Source: Schizochytrium sp. TIO01 (Eukaryota; Protista; Bigyra: Labyrinthulomycetes). From it: DNA of 64,000 bases. Every line of letters begins with the position of its first letter. Within the stretch, counting starts at the first letter, position 1. Positions 10,561-21,800 of the stretch are shown here, one piece after another. The notes beneath the pieces are model-generated. The model worked only from the letters and a program-made list of their open reading frames with translations. It was not told the DNA's origin and made no database searches. The position numbers and the translations under genes are program-made. The stretch lies in NCBI GenBank assembly GCA_004764695.1, contig SMSO01000014.1, forward strand, positions 6,128,029 to 6,192,028. Direction: 5' to 3'.

Positions 10561-12364
10561 GAGCGTGCAAGCACGCGAGCGAAGGGGCAACTTGCCTAGC
10601 CGAACCCCATTCGTCCTGCAAACGTATACCTCACTTGGCTATGGTGTTTTGAAGTCGCTCTCCCATTTAGAGGTTGGTGTCAACTTCATCGCGGCGCTGG
10701 TTCTGCTGCGACATTTCCTCGCGACAGTGTTTCTGCTTGCTTTCTTGTGCCTAGACCAAACATCAACAATCTTCAAGTTGCTTTCTCAGTCGCTGCACGC
10801 CGCAGCCGCCGCGTGTCGCAGTCGCTATCGGCGTCTTTGCTTGCATTGTGCCGGGGCCTTGTCTGTCCACGACAACTCTGTCTCCATCATCGCAGAGGTT
10901 CGTCCTGAGAACCCAATTTCGTCTCTTCTTTTCGAATCAGCTCAAAGTGTTTTCGGGGTGTTAAAAATAAAATTAAATAAAATCCTTTTCTTTTCGATTC
11001 TTTTTCTGTTCTTACTTGAAACCTGTCGCACTTGGTTAGTTGCTTAGTTAGTCAGCTACGTACTTCCTTATTCTACTCTTCGTATGGTTTCCGCCTTTTC
11101 GCGCTCCGATCCAAAAGGAGCCAAAGATCGCTTCGCGTCTTCGCCGCTTTTCTTTCGAGCCCCACAAAAGTCTGCGTTCGAAGAGAGTCTGTCCAACTCT
11201 GTTTCTTATTTGCACCCATAATAACAAACGTTCGATTAAAAGAACAAAGCTTTAAAAGCTTTGGGCCTTTTCTCATGAATGTATTACCCATCATGCATGC
11301 ATGCATGCATGATGGCCCTGAGTACGTTTGCTTGCTTCGGATTACTTACCCACTCACTTACTTACATACGCGATCGACAGTCGCAAACTCGATCCTGTGT
11401 ACGTACTTTGAGGCCAAAGCGCCGTCGAAAGCTCAATCGTTTGCTTGGTATGAAAGGCCCTTTTGTTTCCGCACATGTTTTTCGCATTGCTCTATCTCTA
11501 TTTTTCATTTAGAAATCCTGATTTGATGATGTTATTATTATCAACATTATTATTATTGACTTTTATAAAATTGATTTATAAAATCGTTTCATGAATAAAT
11601 GTATCAACCAATCAATGATTCCGTGATTCCTTTTCAACAGTTCCAGTTAGAAAAAGCTGGTACTTTGGATACACGGGTCTTGTTAATGGCGTGCATGCCA
11701 CCTCTACCGAAAGCCATGAGGATTCAAAGCTCCTAGTGGCATTTTAGGTTATACAATAGTATGTGTATGCGCCAGTTCTGGTACATGGACACGTGCGCCC
11801 CTCGAATCTCTTTCCTCCTTCTTTTCCTTTCCTTACTCTTATCATGTTCTACGTACTTTGCGTGCTTTGAAGTTGCTTTCGATCTCACGTCAATCGAACT
11901 GGACGTAGAAATGACGGCTTCGAAAGGGGACCTCCATTCATTTCAATCTGTCGCTGTTGCCTCAAAGATTCGGGCGCTTGGTTGCACGTTTGGGAGAGAG
12001 GAATAGTCTGAGGGGTCTGCTGGTAAGAGGAGCTTCCATGGATTGGATCACGAAGAAGAAACGCGCTTGGTTTTGTTTGATTGGAAGAGAACTAACTAAC
12101 TACCTACGTGGTACTGAGCAGGGCTTTTGGAGATGGAGATAACAGAAAGTATGATGTAAGTGATGATAGTGGTCAAAACATAGGTTACATGACAAAGCTT
12201 AGGTTTGGAGTCAGGTCATTGGCGAGGCGAAGCAACGCGATGTTGGCGCTCGAGTCGCTTCCGGCCTGCCGGTGATTAGTTCTTGAGGATCTTAGAGATC
12301 TTGTCGTAGGCGTAATGATAGAAAATAGGTAAATTGGACGGCATGCTTGCATGCTTTGGGTTTT

Positions 12365-13864
12365 TTAGATGTTGTCGGTGTAGCGACGGTACATGAGGTA
12401 GCCTGTGAAGAGAAGGGTCACGAGGCCGAGATCAACATCGTCCGGCACGTTCTCGTTGATTTCGAGACTGATGCCGACGAACTCCTCGTTCACGCTCTTG
12501 GCGCGGTGGGTAATTTTAGCCACATGGGATGAGTGCTGGCTGTCGTAAATCTTGCACTGCACGAAGCGACCGTAGCAATGGTCCCCGTTGAACTCGATGC
12601 GGAGACTCTTGCCAAAGCCTGTGCCAGTCATGATACCCTTGACGCTGAAGCAGGAAGACTGCCACACAGGGCTGCGCATCTGGAATGTCTTGCCGTAGGT
12701 GTCTTTGAAGAGCAGGTCAAAGGTGTCGTCCGACAAGCGCGTTGCGAGCATAGCAAAGATGCCTCGCCAGTGGGCGTTCGTAATCTCCGCAGCATCGCGG
12801 CGGTTTCTGGGCAGCTTGACCTGGAGTACGGTCATGCCCTGGGAGTTCCTGAGGTTGTATCCCTTCTCATCTCCAAGTCTGATAAACGTCTTGTACTTCT
12901 GTCCTGGAATGATCAGACCCATCATCTCATCCAGAACCATGCGAGGGCGGCTCTCACCATCCACCACTCGAGCCCTGGGCACATCCTCATCATTGGAGGT
13001 GCCCCAGAGAACGTCATCCACGCTCACGGGCATCGCTACAGGCTGCGGTCTCTCCTGAAGAAGTTGTTCCGCTTCCCCCTCACTAAGGACTTCGGCCTCC
13101 TCGAGATCCTCTTCGTGGAAATCCCCAAGGACAGCGGCAAACGAACCGGAGGACGACGCTGCAGAAGGTGCACGTCGCGATCTCCGCCTCCTCAACCCAG
13201 AAGACGAAGCTCTTCTTGATGTAGATGATGAAGAAGAAGAAGAGGATCTTCGCAACGCCCGTAAAGCGTACAGTGGTCGAGGTCCTCGCCTGAGTTCCAG
13301 GTTTGCTTCCCCAGAACCCCCTCCAACGCCAGCTCCCTCTGCGCGGTGTGTTTCTGAATGTTCCAAAGGTTCCACAGGTTCTGTGCCGAGGCGGCGCTGG
13401 TTTTGGGAGGCGTTGCTGTGGAATCTGGAGCGCAGGTGGTCTGCTTGGGAGAGGAAGAGATCTTCTTCTTCTTCGTCGTCCTGTTTCTCTTCGTCTCCTG
13501 CGTCGGCAATGGAGTGGTCGTCGTCCTCGTCGGAATCGTGCTGGTGCACGGAGTCCGCTTCCTCTTCGTCGCTGGATGCGATTTCTGCTGGGTAGAGGAA
13601 GGCTTCGCTGTGGTCGTGGTCGTCGTCGTGGTCGTCTCCGTTGCGGGCATTCTCGCTGTGGCGGATCTCGCTGCGGAGGGACACGGGCCGCGACTCGAGG
13701 AACTTCAAGGGCCCGCCGAGCACGTGCTCCAGGCCGAGGAGGTTCGAGCCGATGCCCGAGCCCGAGGCGGTGACGGCGAGCTGCTCTTGCTGGCCGCCGC
13801 CGCTCACGGGCCGCTGCACGCGAGAGCGGAAGCTCTGCATGCGCTGTCGAATGTTAGGGCCCAT
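12365..13864 (-). CDS. Protein with acidic/low-complexity N-terminus and C-terminal phospholipid scramblase/tubby-C-like domain
   Basis: Long GC3-rich ORF with its first ATG at 13864. The C-terminal ~170 aa alternate short beta-strands (FDLLFKDTYGKTFQMRSP, CKIYDS, VAKITH). They end in VPDDVDLGLVTLLFTGYLMYRRY, resembling the scramblase terminal helix (FP.DLDV..KA..IGA.FLID). The family call is by eye. Confidence 0.6.
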   Translation of the reverse strand: MGPNIRQRMQSFRSRVQRPVSGGGQQEQLAVTASGSGIGSNLLGLEHVLGGPLKFLESRPVSLRSEIRHSENARNGDDHDDDHDHSEAFLYPAEIASSDEEEADSVHQHDSDEDDDHSIADAGDEEKQDDEEEEDLFLSQADHLRSRFHSNASQNQRRLGTEPVEPLEHSETHRAEGAGVGGGSGEANLELRRGPRPLYALRALRRSSSSSSSSTSRRASSSGLRRRRSRRAPSAASSSGSFAAVLGDFHEEDLEEAEVLSEGEAEQLLQERPQPVAMPVSVDDVLWGTSNDEDVPRARVVDGESRPRMVLDEMMGLIIPGQKYKTFIRLGDEKGYNLRNSQGMTVLQVKLPRNRRDAAEITNAHWRGIFAMLATRLSDDTFDLLFKDTYGKTFQMRSPVWQSSCFSVKGIMTGTGFGKSLRIEFNGDHCYGRFVQCKIYDSQHSSHVAKITHRAKSVNEEFVGISLEINENVPDDVDLGLVTLLFTGYLMYRRYTDNI

Positions 13865-15320
13865 CTCGGCAAACAAACCGGGAGCTTGGCAGAAGGAGGA
13901 GTGAGACCCCAAATGTCCCGACTTGGGCTTACAGGTAGGTGCGCAGGCCTCGCCGACTTAGAGGGAAGAACTCCTCGGCACAAAGCCGCAGATGGTCCTG
14001 CAACCAGTCGAGGAACCGCGCGGAGTGAGGAATGGATGCACTCAGGCTCGAGTTCTCTCTCGATATCCTTCCGCGCCACGCCTCGCCAAGATGCAAGATG
14101 CAAGATGCACGCACGGACGGGCGGGGGTGCCTGGCGGGAAGGTCTCGCCGGAAACGTGCCGCTGCGGCAGCAGAGGCTCCACGCCGCCACGAACTGAGAC
14201 TTTCCAAGCCTCCCTTTCGCAGCGAGCCCGAGATCTTTCACGGCAGAGATTCGAGGCGCCACAAACCTGCGCTCCCGAGTCTCTCGTGAGCCCTTTCTAT
14301 CCAGCCCAAGAGATTCTAAGAGATTCTGTGGTGATCCCTATTGTTTGCAGTAGCTGACCTCTTAGCAGGGCCTCTGTTGCGGTAAGAAGAAAAGGGAAAA
14401 AAAGCAAAACACACACGCACACACGTGAAGGAATTTGTCCGTTATGTGTTTTGCTCCTGGCCAACCAACCAATCGACCAACCAAAACCAGCCGATGGAAC
14501 CGAAGCGCGCGATGCCAAACGATGGATGGGCGCTGGGCGAAGAAGAGGGACCTGGGGGCGAGCCTCGCCTGGTGGGCCGCGGGTTTCCCGCGTTTCCGCA
14601 CGTTGAGACGGAATCCGCGAAGCGCGAATCTGCAGTGTTGTTGCTGGAAGCGGCGACTTGTGAGAACTTCTTGTTGCAGTAGTAGTAGTAGTAGTGGTGG
14701 TGGTGGTGGCGGTGGTACTGTGCTGCTTGACGGAGGGAAGACCCTCCCTCCGGTTATAAGTATGACCTGCTGGTAGATATAGCTAGCTAGCTATAGCTGT
14801 CCAGCTACACAACTGCAAGATGCAAGATGCAATCAAGCAAGTAAGCTTTGCTCAAATATTGTGGTCGGCCCGTGAGAAGAGTGCGGGTACCTGCTGACTG
14901 GTCGCCACGAAACCTGGATGGGATGAATCAAGACCAGATTGACGGAGCCGATGATGGGAGTTGTGCCAAGTTGTGTGGCCGCACAAAAATCAGTGACGCT
15001 GTGCGTTGTACCGTGCGTAGCAGTATTAATGACCACCAACGTGAAGCTTCAGGAAACTAAAGCGAAACCCAGGAGATACTAGACCAAGTCAATGCGAGCC
15101 TTGGGATTGATTGATTGATTGATTGATGATTGGTCAGTTTGGCTGATTGAGTGATCAAAGTCCTCGGACTAGCTCGCTTGGTGTAGAGAAAGAAGGCAGT
15201 AGCAGATGAACGGCGAGTAAATTAGAAGAGGTAGTAGCACCTAGCGATTCCCTAATCTCCACTAATACTAGTAGTAGCAGTAGTAGTACAGAGGATGTAG
15301 CAATGTACTGTATATTATAG

Positions 15321-15370
15321 TGTAATGTAATGTAATGTAATGAGATGAGATGAGATGAGATGAGATGAGA
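15321..15370. repeat. Compound (TGTAA)n(TGAGA)n pentanucleotide repeat
   Basis: Four TGTAA units followed by six TGAGA units. Confidence 0.9.
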
Positions 15371-15804
15371 GCAGATATGAAGAGACCTCACTGCCGTTGT
15401 TGCTCTGTTTAAGCTGAGCAGGGAGTTGCGGATTTGCTTGTGCTATCTGGTCTCGCTGCGTGAAGTATGAAACTCGAGGATGAGAAGAATGACTTTGAGA
15501 TGTCTTCGTCCGCAAAGAGTTCTAATGTATTGATTGTGTAAGAGTAGAGGAGCACCTTTCGCTCTTGAAAGGCACGGCTAGACTACAAATTTGATGTTGA
15601 ATTGAACAACGGGTGAGCTCAGTTATTGGTTTGCTTGTGCCTCGGGAGGCCTTTTTGCCACCTCGTTCAGGCGCGCCTTGACTAGACCCACTACCCCTCT
15701 CTTCAGTGGCAAGTCTTCAGCACCAGTGAGCTCAGGATTCTACCTGGAGAGCCTATTCTGTGAGTCTGAACAATTGGGCAACGATGACATCGACCGCAAT
15801 TCCT

Positions 15805-15856
15805 CTTACTTACTTGCTTGCTTACTTACATACTTACTTACTTACTTACTTACTTA
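15805..15856. repeat. (ACTT)n microsatellite
   Basis: Imperfect array. Confidence 0.85.
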
Positions 15857-18800
15857 GTAGCTAGGCGGCTAGACTAGCTTTAGACACTTACTACTTCGGT
15901 GCCATGATGGAAACTCGCAACGAATAGGAATTATGACTCAACTCCAACTTGAAGTTCTTCCTCTTCTTCAAGATGCTTCGTCAATGAACCTCACTCATTT
16001 CGCGCTGACATTTTTATTTCGTCACCAAACATTCTGTGCATATCGCATCGCCTCACATCCTCACCATGAATCCATGAACCACAAAATAAACGATAACCAA
16101 TCCTGGGTCCGAGTGGTCCAGATCTCGCTAAAACCAACTTGAATGAAACCTTGCCTCCGCTGGCAGCTCAGTTCTCAATCGCGTGAAGTACCCATCTTAA
16201 AACTTACACATATATATCTATCTATATATATTGGCGACATCGGCTGCGACAGAGCTCGCCGAGAGTTAGAACGATGCGCGAAATTGCCTCTCGAGCCACC
16301 CCTCCGGTTCTTTGATCCGCCCGCTGTCATCCATCTACTACTGTATAAAGAACTAAGTGGTCAGCTCAAGCTTGTCGCCTCGGGCGTGTCTTCCAGGTTT
16401 TCTATTCTTGGCCGCGATGATTGTCTTCAGATCTCCAGGCCCATTGCTTCCATCGTCGCTGTCGCTGTCGTCGTTCTAGTCATAACATGTTGTTGCGATT
16501 GGGAATTCTGCTGCAGTGCCTCCTCTCTAATGAATTATCTATCAACACCTCAGGCTATCTGTTTATTTCTTTTGCATTATTTACTTTTCATTTGCAATTA
16601 TTGGGAAAGGAGCCAAAAAAAAAGAAAAGAGGAAAGAAGAAAGAAGAATAAGAACGAGAAAGAGAAAAATAAAGATTCCTTCAGTTTTTCTTCTTTTTTT
16701 TTTTTCTTTTCTTGATTGTTTGTTTGTTTGTTAAATAAACATAATAACACTACTACTAAGAAGAAGAACAAGAAGGTGGTCTTTCCAGTATCATTCGTGA
16801 TGGTTTTGGTGGAATCAGAAGAAAGAAAGCCTCAGTCGAGGTGCTTCAACACGCTTGAGCCACACACGGCGTGTCTGTGCCCTTCAGCCGACCTCCTCCC
16901 AGCCAGCCAGCCAGCCAGTAAGTAACTAAGCAAACAAGCAAGCAAGCAAGCAAGCAAGCAGGTCTGACAACAGCTCGGCCAAGCTGGAATGGAATCGACA
17001 CGCAAACAATTACATTTCATTCCATTTCATTCCATTTCATTTCATTTCGTTTCGTTTCGAGTCAATTCACTCTTTCACGCATTCATTGACAGAACAAACG
17101 GCGCTCTTTCTTTCCGTCACATCATCGCCTTTAAAGCTCGCAAAGAAAAAGAAAGAAAAAAAAGAACTAGAAAAAAAGAAAAAAGAAAGAAAGAAAGAAA
17201 AAAGAAAGAAAGAAGAAGCAGCTGTGTCCATCCCATAAACGCACGCCTACGCCGTTGAGATCTCCGGCCTCAGCGAAACGCACTCGCAAGCCCCCCCCTC
17301 CCCCCCCTACTCACTCTTGTCGACCACGGCCGCGCCGTCGTGGACTGTCGCTCGCTCGGCTGCGTCGCCAGCTTTCTCGCCAAGATGGTCTTGCACAACA
17401 AAAATCAGTTCGTTCTGAGGGCAAATTATATGCACGTACGTCCTTTCTTTGGTCTATGAATCAATATCAACGAAATCTTCTCTGATTAATGTTGTGATAG
17501 TTAACTTCTTTTCTTTTTCTTTTTCTTTTTCTTATACAATATTAAATTTAGAAAGAGAAGTTGATTTTACAGTTTTCATGGAAAGAAGAAACTAAAAACA
17601 GCGGGTGCGCATACACCGCGGCGGGTAACAAGCCGCCACCCGGCGCCTGCGAATCGCCCATTGCCAAAGAAAGAAAGCAGAGTAAGTTTTGGTGATTCGT
17701 TCGTTGAATGGTTCATGGATTGAGAGATTGATTCATTGATTGTTTAATTGATGGATAGATTCATCGATTGATTGATGGATTGATAGATTCATTCGTCGCT
17801 TACGGGTTCCTTGCACGTGAAGGAAAGCTCTGAGTGGTCCTGTCTTCGAAGTTCAATGTGAGGACGAGAGATCCTCAAGATCTCCCGATTTGGCCTCGGG
17901 TTTTCCTGGAGGATTTCGAGAGGCTGCAAAGATCGCGTTGGTGGAGAGGGAATCTCGTGGTTCTCGATGATGTGCTTTCTGAGTTGTAGTCTTTTCTCCA
18001 AAGGCCAGGACCACGAATTTATAATTGTAAACTCATGGTCAGTTATTCATAGGCCATAATTGCAAGATTTCAAGTCGCAGCGGCGTTTTTTAACTTCATA
18101 AACGTAGTCACAGTTGTATAAAAAGCACCAAAGAAATAATCTTGAAACCTTCATACCCTAAGAACGAATTTGGGTGCAAATGTTGCCCGTGAAATTCCCT
18201 CGCATCGAGGCAGAAGCTTCGACAACGGGAAGAGCTTCGAGACGGCAGTCTGGACATACGCAGAGGTACGTGCACATCTTGCAGGTGCAGTTGCAAGCAA
18301 GCAGAGGCTCCCTCGCTCCAGAATCTATACTCTGCATCTATCTCCCAAGTTCAAGATACTAACTAGCCATCCACAGGCGTGGTGCAAATGCTTGTTCCAG
18401 GACCCTTGCGGGGTATTCCATCTCCGCGACCCAGTGTCATGGTACCTATCTTCACCCCTTCAACCACCCCGGTCTGGTGGGAACAGCGCTGGCGGCATAT
18501 CCGTGGTTGGCTGCCGATTCCGTTGAAGGAGGTGAGAATTACTTTTCTTTTAAAACTTTTTTATTTTTTATTTTTCAATGAAATGAAATGAAACTAAACG
18601 AAACTAAACTAACCTTTTCTTTTCTTTTCTTTTCTTTGGAGTTTAGTGGAGTTGAAGAAGTGCGAAATGGTGATTCTCTGTAGTTCTGCGCAGCGCTTTC
18701 GAGGTCTCGCGCGGGCTCTCTGAGAGGCTTCAGCCAAGACGAATGAGGGGCTTGGGATAGATACTTCGCGACCATTCTGACCAGAGCGTGTTCCGCGACC

Positions 18801-21800
18801 TGCCTGAAATTTATTCGGTTCGAGGCGCAGGTCATCTGGGTGCTTGTGTGATCACTCACTCACTCACTCACTCATGGATTCATGAATTCCTAGGTTCATT
18901 CATTCATGCATCCATCCATTCGCTCGCTCATCCGTTCATGGAGCCTGAGCGCCTGCTACAGAGCATCTGAAAGAGCGCCAAAACAGTCCGCGGCGTGCCA
19001 CCTGCCATCCATCCACCAGCCTGGTTCTGCTCCCTAAGTCCCTCGCAGATCTCCAGCTCCCTCGAACTCGAATCGCCGCCAAGACTGAGCGAGCTTCTTC
19101 TTCTTCTTCTTCTTCTTCTTCTTGGACGTGCTCGCTCTGCTCTGCGCATCATGCGCCCTTCGATGGACCTGAGTCCCTCGGCTTCGTGACCATCGTGCCT
19201 CAGAGTCTGCAAGAGGTCTCAGGGTTTACAGGGTCCACGGCCTTCTTCTGCAGACAGACCGCGATGATGCTCTGTAAGCCCACGGTGGCGGTCGATGTCC
19301 ATGCCATGCCATGCCATGCCATGCCATGTCCATGTCGTGGCGAGGGACCGCGTGCGAGCTGGCGGAGGCAGCAGAGGCCTGGGCTGGCGGGAGGTCTGGG
19401 CGAGCGAAATGCGCGTACGTGCTACGGCTGCGGCGCAGGCTCTGGGCCTGTGCCAGGTTGAACACGCCAGAACGAGCTTTGGGCTTACACCTCCTCCTCC
19501 TCCTGCTGCTGCTGCTGCTGCCGCCGCAAGCTCGAGCTGTGCAAGCATGGCAGCGGCACCAGAAGCTGCGAGCTCGCTTGCTTGCTTGCTTGGTCGCTTG
19601 GTCGCCTGGTCGCTTGGTTGGTTGGTTGGTTTGTCTTCAGGACGACCTGCGTGCGACTTGGCCAGTTCTCTGGAGTTGAGACCCCTCGCTCTCGACGAAG
19701 GACGTATCAATGAACCATGGATGGTGCCAGAAGAATTCACTCCCTCCCTCCCTCGCGTTACCAGTTGCACTTGTAGCACCTCCGCCCTTCCACCCGGCGC
19801 TGACTGCGCCTGCGTCCACGAGCGCCTTCGACCTGGCCAGGAAACGAATGCATCGCAAGATGAAATGTCACGAGCTTGCCCTGGCCACAGAAAGCAACGC
19901 AGCAGCAGCGTCACTTAGTTCTGCGAAGATGGGTGTCGATGCTCTCGCTCTGAAGCAAGCGCTGCCTTGGTACGTGAACAAATCTCTCGCGAAGGAATGA
20001 ATCTCTCGCGAGTGGAAACAGACCTGAGGGTACGATGAACGATGGATGACTCGGGTGGCTGTGTATCGATCGATCGATCGATCGATCGTTGCACTGGGAG
20101 GCCAGGAAGGCCTTGAGACCCAATGCCCAATTGCGTCGAGCCTCTGTAATCTCGTGCAAATGCGAGCAAGAATCAACCAAGAACAACGCAGCTGTCTGTT
20201 GCTCGGGCTTGCACCGCTCTTGGCGAAGACGAAGCAGCCTGCACCTCGTAACTTCGCCGGAGCCGTTCTGTGCCAAGAGAGAGCGCCACTTAGATCTTTC
20301 CTCAGGATCGACGAGTGAATCGACGATGCGAGAACTTGCTTGCTGCAGTCAGGCTTCTTCTGTTCATCCAATTTAGCACGAATTCTCCATCACTGTAAAC
20401 CGATCTGTAGGCGTGGCGGGTAGCTCGCTCGCTAGCCAATTACCTGCTGCTGCCTGTGTAGGTGCCGCAAGCAAGCATCGCAAATCTCAAGCAAGGCATG
20501 ACTTCCCTTCAAGTCGCAAGCACGCAGCGCAATTCCTTAAAGCGAAGCGTGGAGGTTCTTCTCTAATGAGAAGATCAACTTGCATCATCATCACCTTGGA
20601 GTCCATTTCGTCATTATCGCAGCACCTTTCAATCACGAGCCATTCCACAGACGGACTGCACTGCAATTTAGTCGCTGTTGTTGATCACGTGTTCACAGAT
20701 GATGCATGATCGATCGATTAATTGCTCTTCTTCAATCATCATCGAAATGGTGCAGGATATACTTACTTCCACGCAGATCACATTAACTGCTTTCTGCTGT
20801 ACCCCATACATAATAAGCGCAGAGGACTCTTTCAGGTTGAGCTGAAAGGGCCCTTAAGGAATGACCGCGGAAATCTCATGCTCATCAGTGTCTTGGAAGA
20901 GAGCTTGTTGCGATTACCGGAACAAGGGTATTCGTGGCAGCATTGGATGAAGGAAGCGAAAAAGAAGGCTTTTCTTTTTTTCTTCTCTTTTCTTTTCTTT
21001 CCTTCTTCTTCTTTTATTTTTTTTTTCTTTTTTTTCCTTTAAGATGTAATGACGAAGTGTTTTTGTTTGCTCTTTTCGTTTTCTGGAGCTATTATCGATT
21101 GAAAAGCTGTTGCAAACTTTGAGATGCGAATGGATAATAAGAGGTGCTACGATGGTGCTCATCACTTGCAAGATAGAACACAGCGTCCTATCAGGGAGGT
21201 CCTATCAGGGACGTTGGGACGATTGCCTACAGGCATTTGAGTTGAATTGGGGATACGCGCAGTTTCGTTTATAATAGGCGATATAGTATATTTGAAGAAA
21301 GAGGTTAGTTACCAGGCAATTTTGACCACATGATCGCAGGAACTTTGGCTGCCTGTCGAAGGATTGGAGAGCAGAATCTTCTTCTTCGTCCGCATTAATT
21401 ATTCCAGATGGAATGGGGCGGGATGGGATGAGCTAGCGCAATTCACCTAAAGTCAAGCTATAAACGAAGATAGTAATTTGTCCGTGAACAACCGCAGAGT
21501 TGGGATTTCGTGAAAACTGTTTTCACCTTAGATAGCTACTTGAATTGTAAGGGTAAGCTGTTCTTTCAAGCTCTATCAGTAAGAAAACTCAGATGATAAT
21601 TTGTATGAGATGAGCCGCGCTTCGTGGCCCATAAAGAGTTGAACCATACGAGGGCATCTCAATCAAGTTGGTAAATGAAACATCAAAACGACCTCCTTTC
21701 GTGCAGCTGAAATTGCGACACTCATTGAGGCTCGATCGAAGCTTCACTCGCACGTTTCAAACTTGGGTGTGCGTAGGAAAGAGGGAAATGCAGACCAGTA

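Noticed and set aside
12533-14197. Long + strand ORFs (228, 279 and 156 aa)
   Set aside because: They are antisense shadows of the GC-rich minus-strand gene, with no independent motifs.
18928-20376. Dense cluster of overlapping ORFs on both strands
   Set aside because: This is GC-rich low-complexity DNA with embedded microsatellites, and no frame shows a protein family signature.
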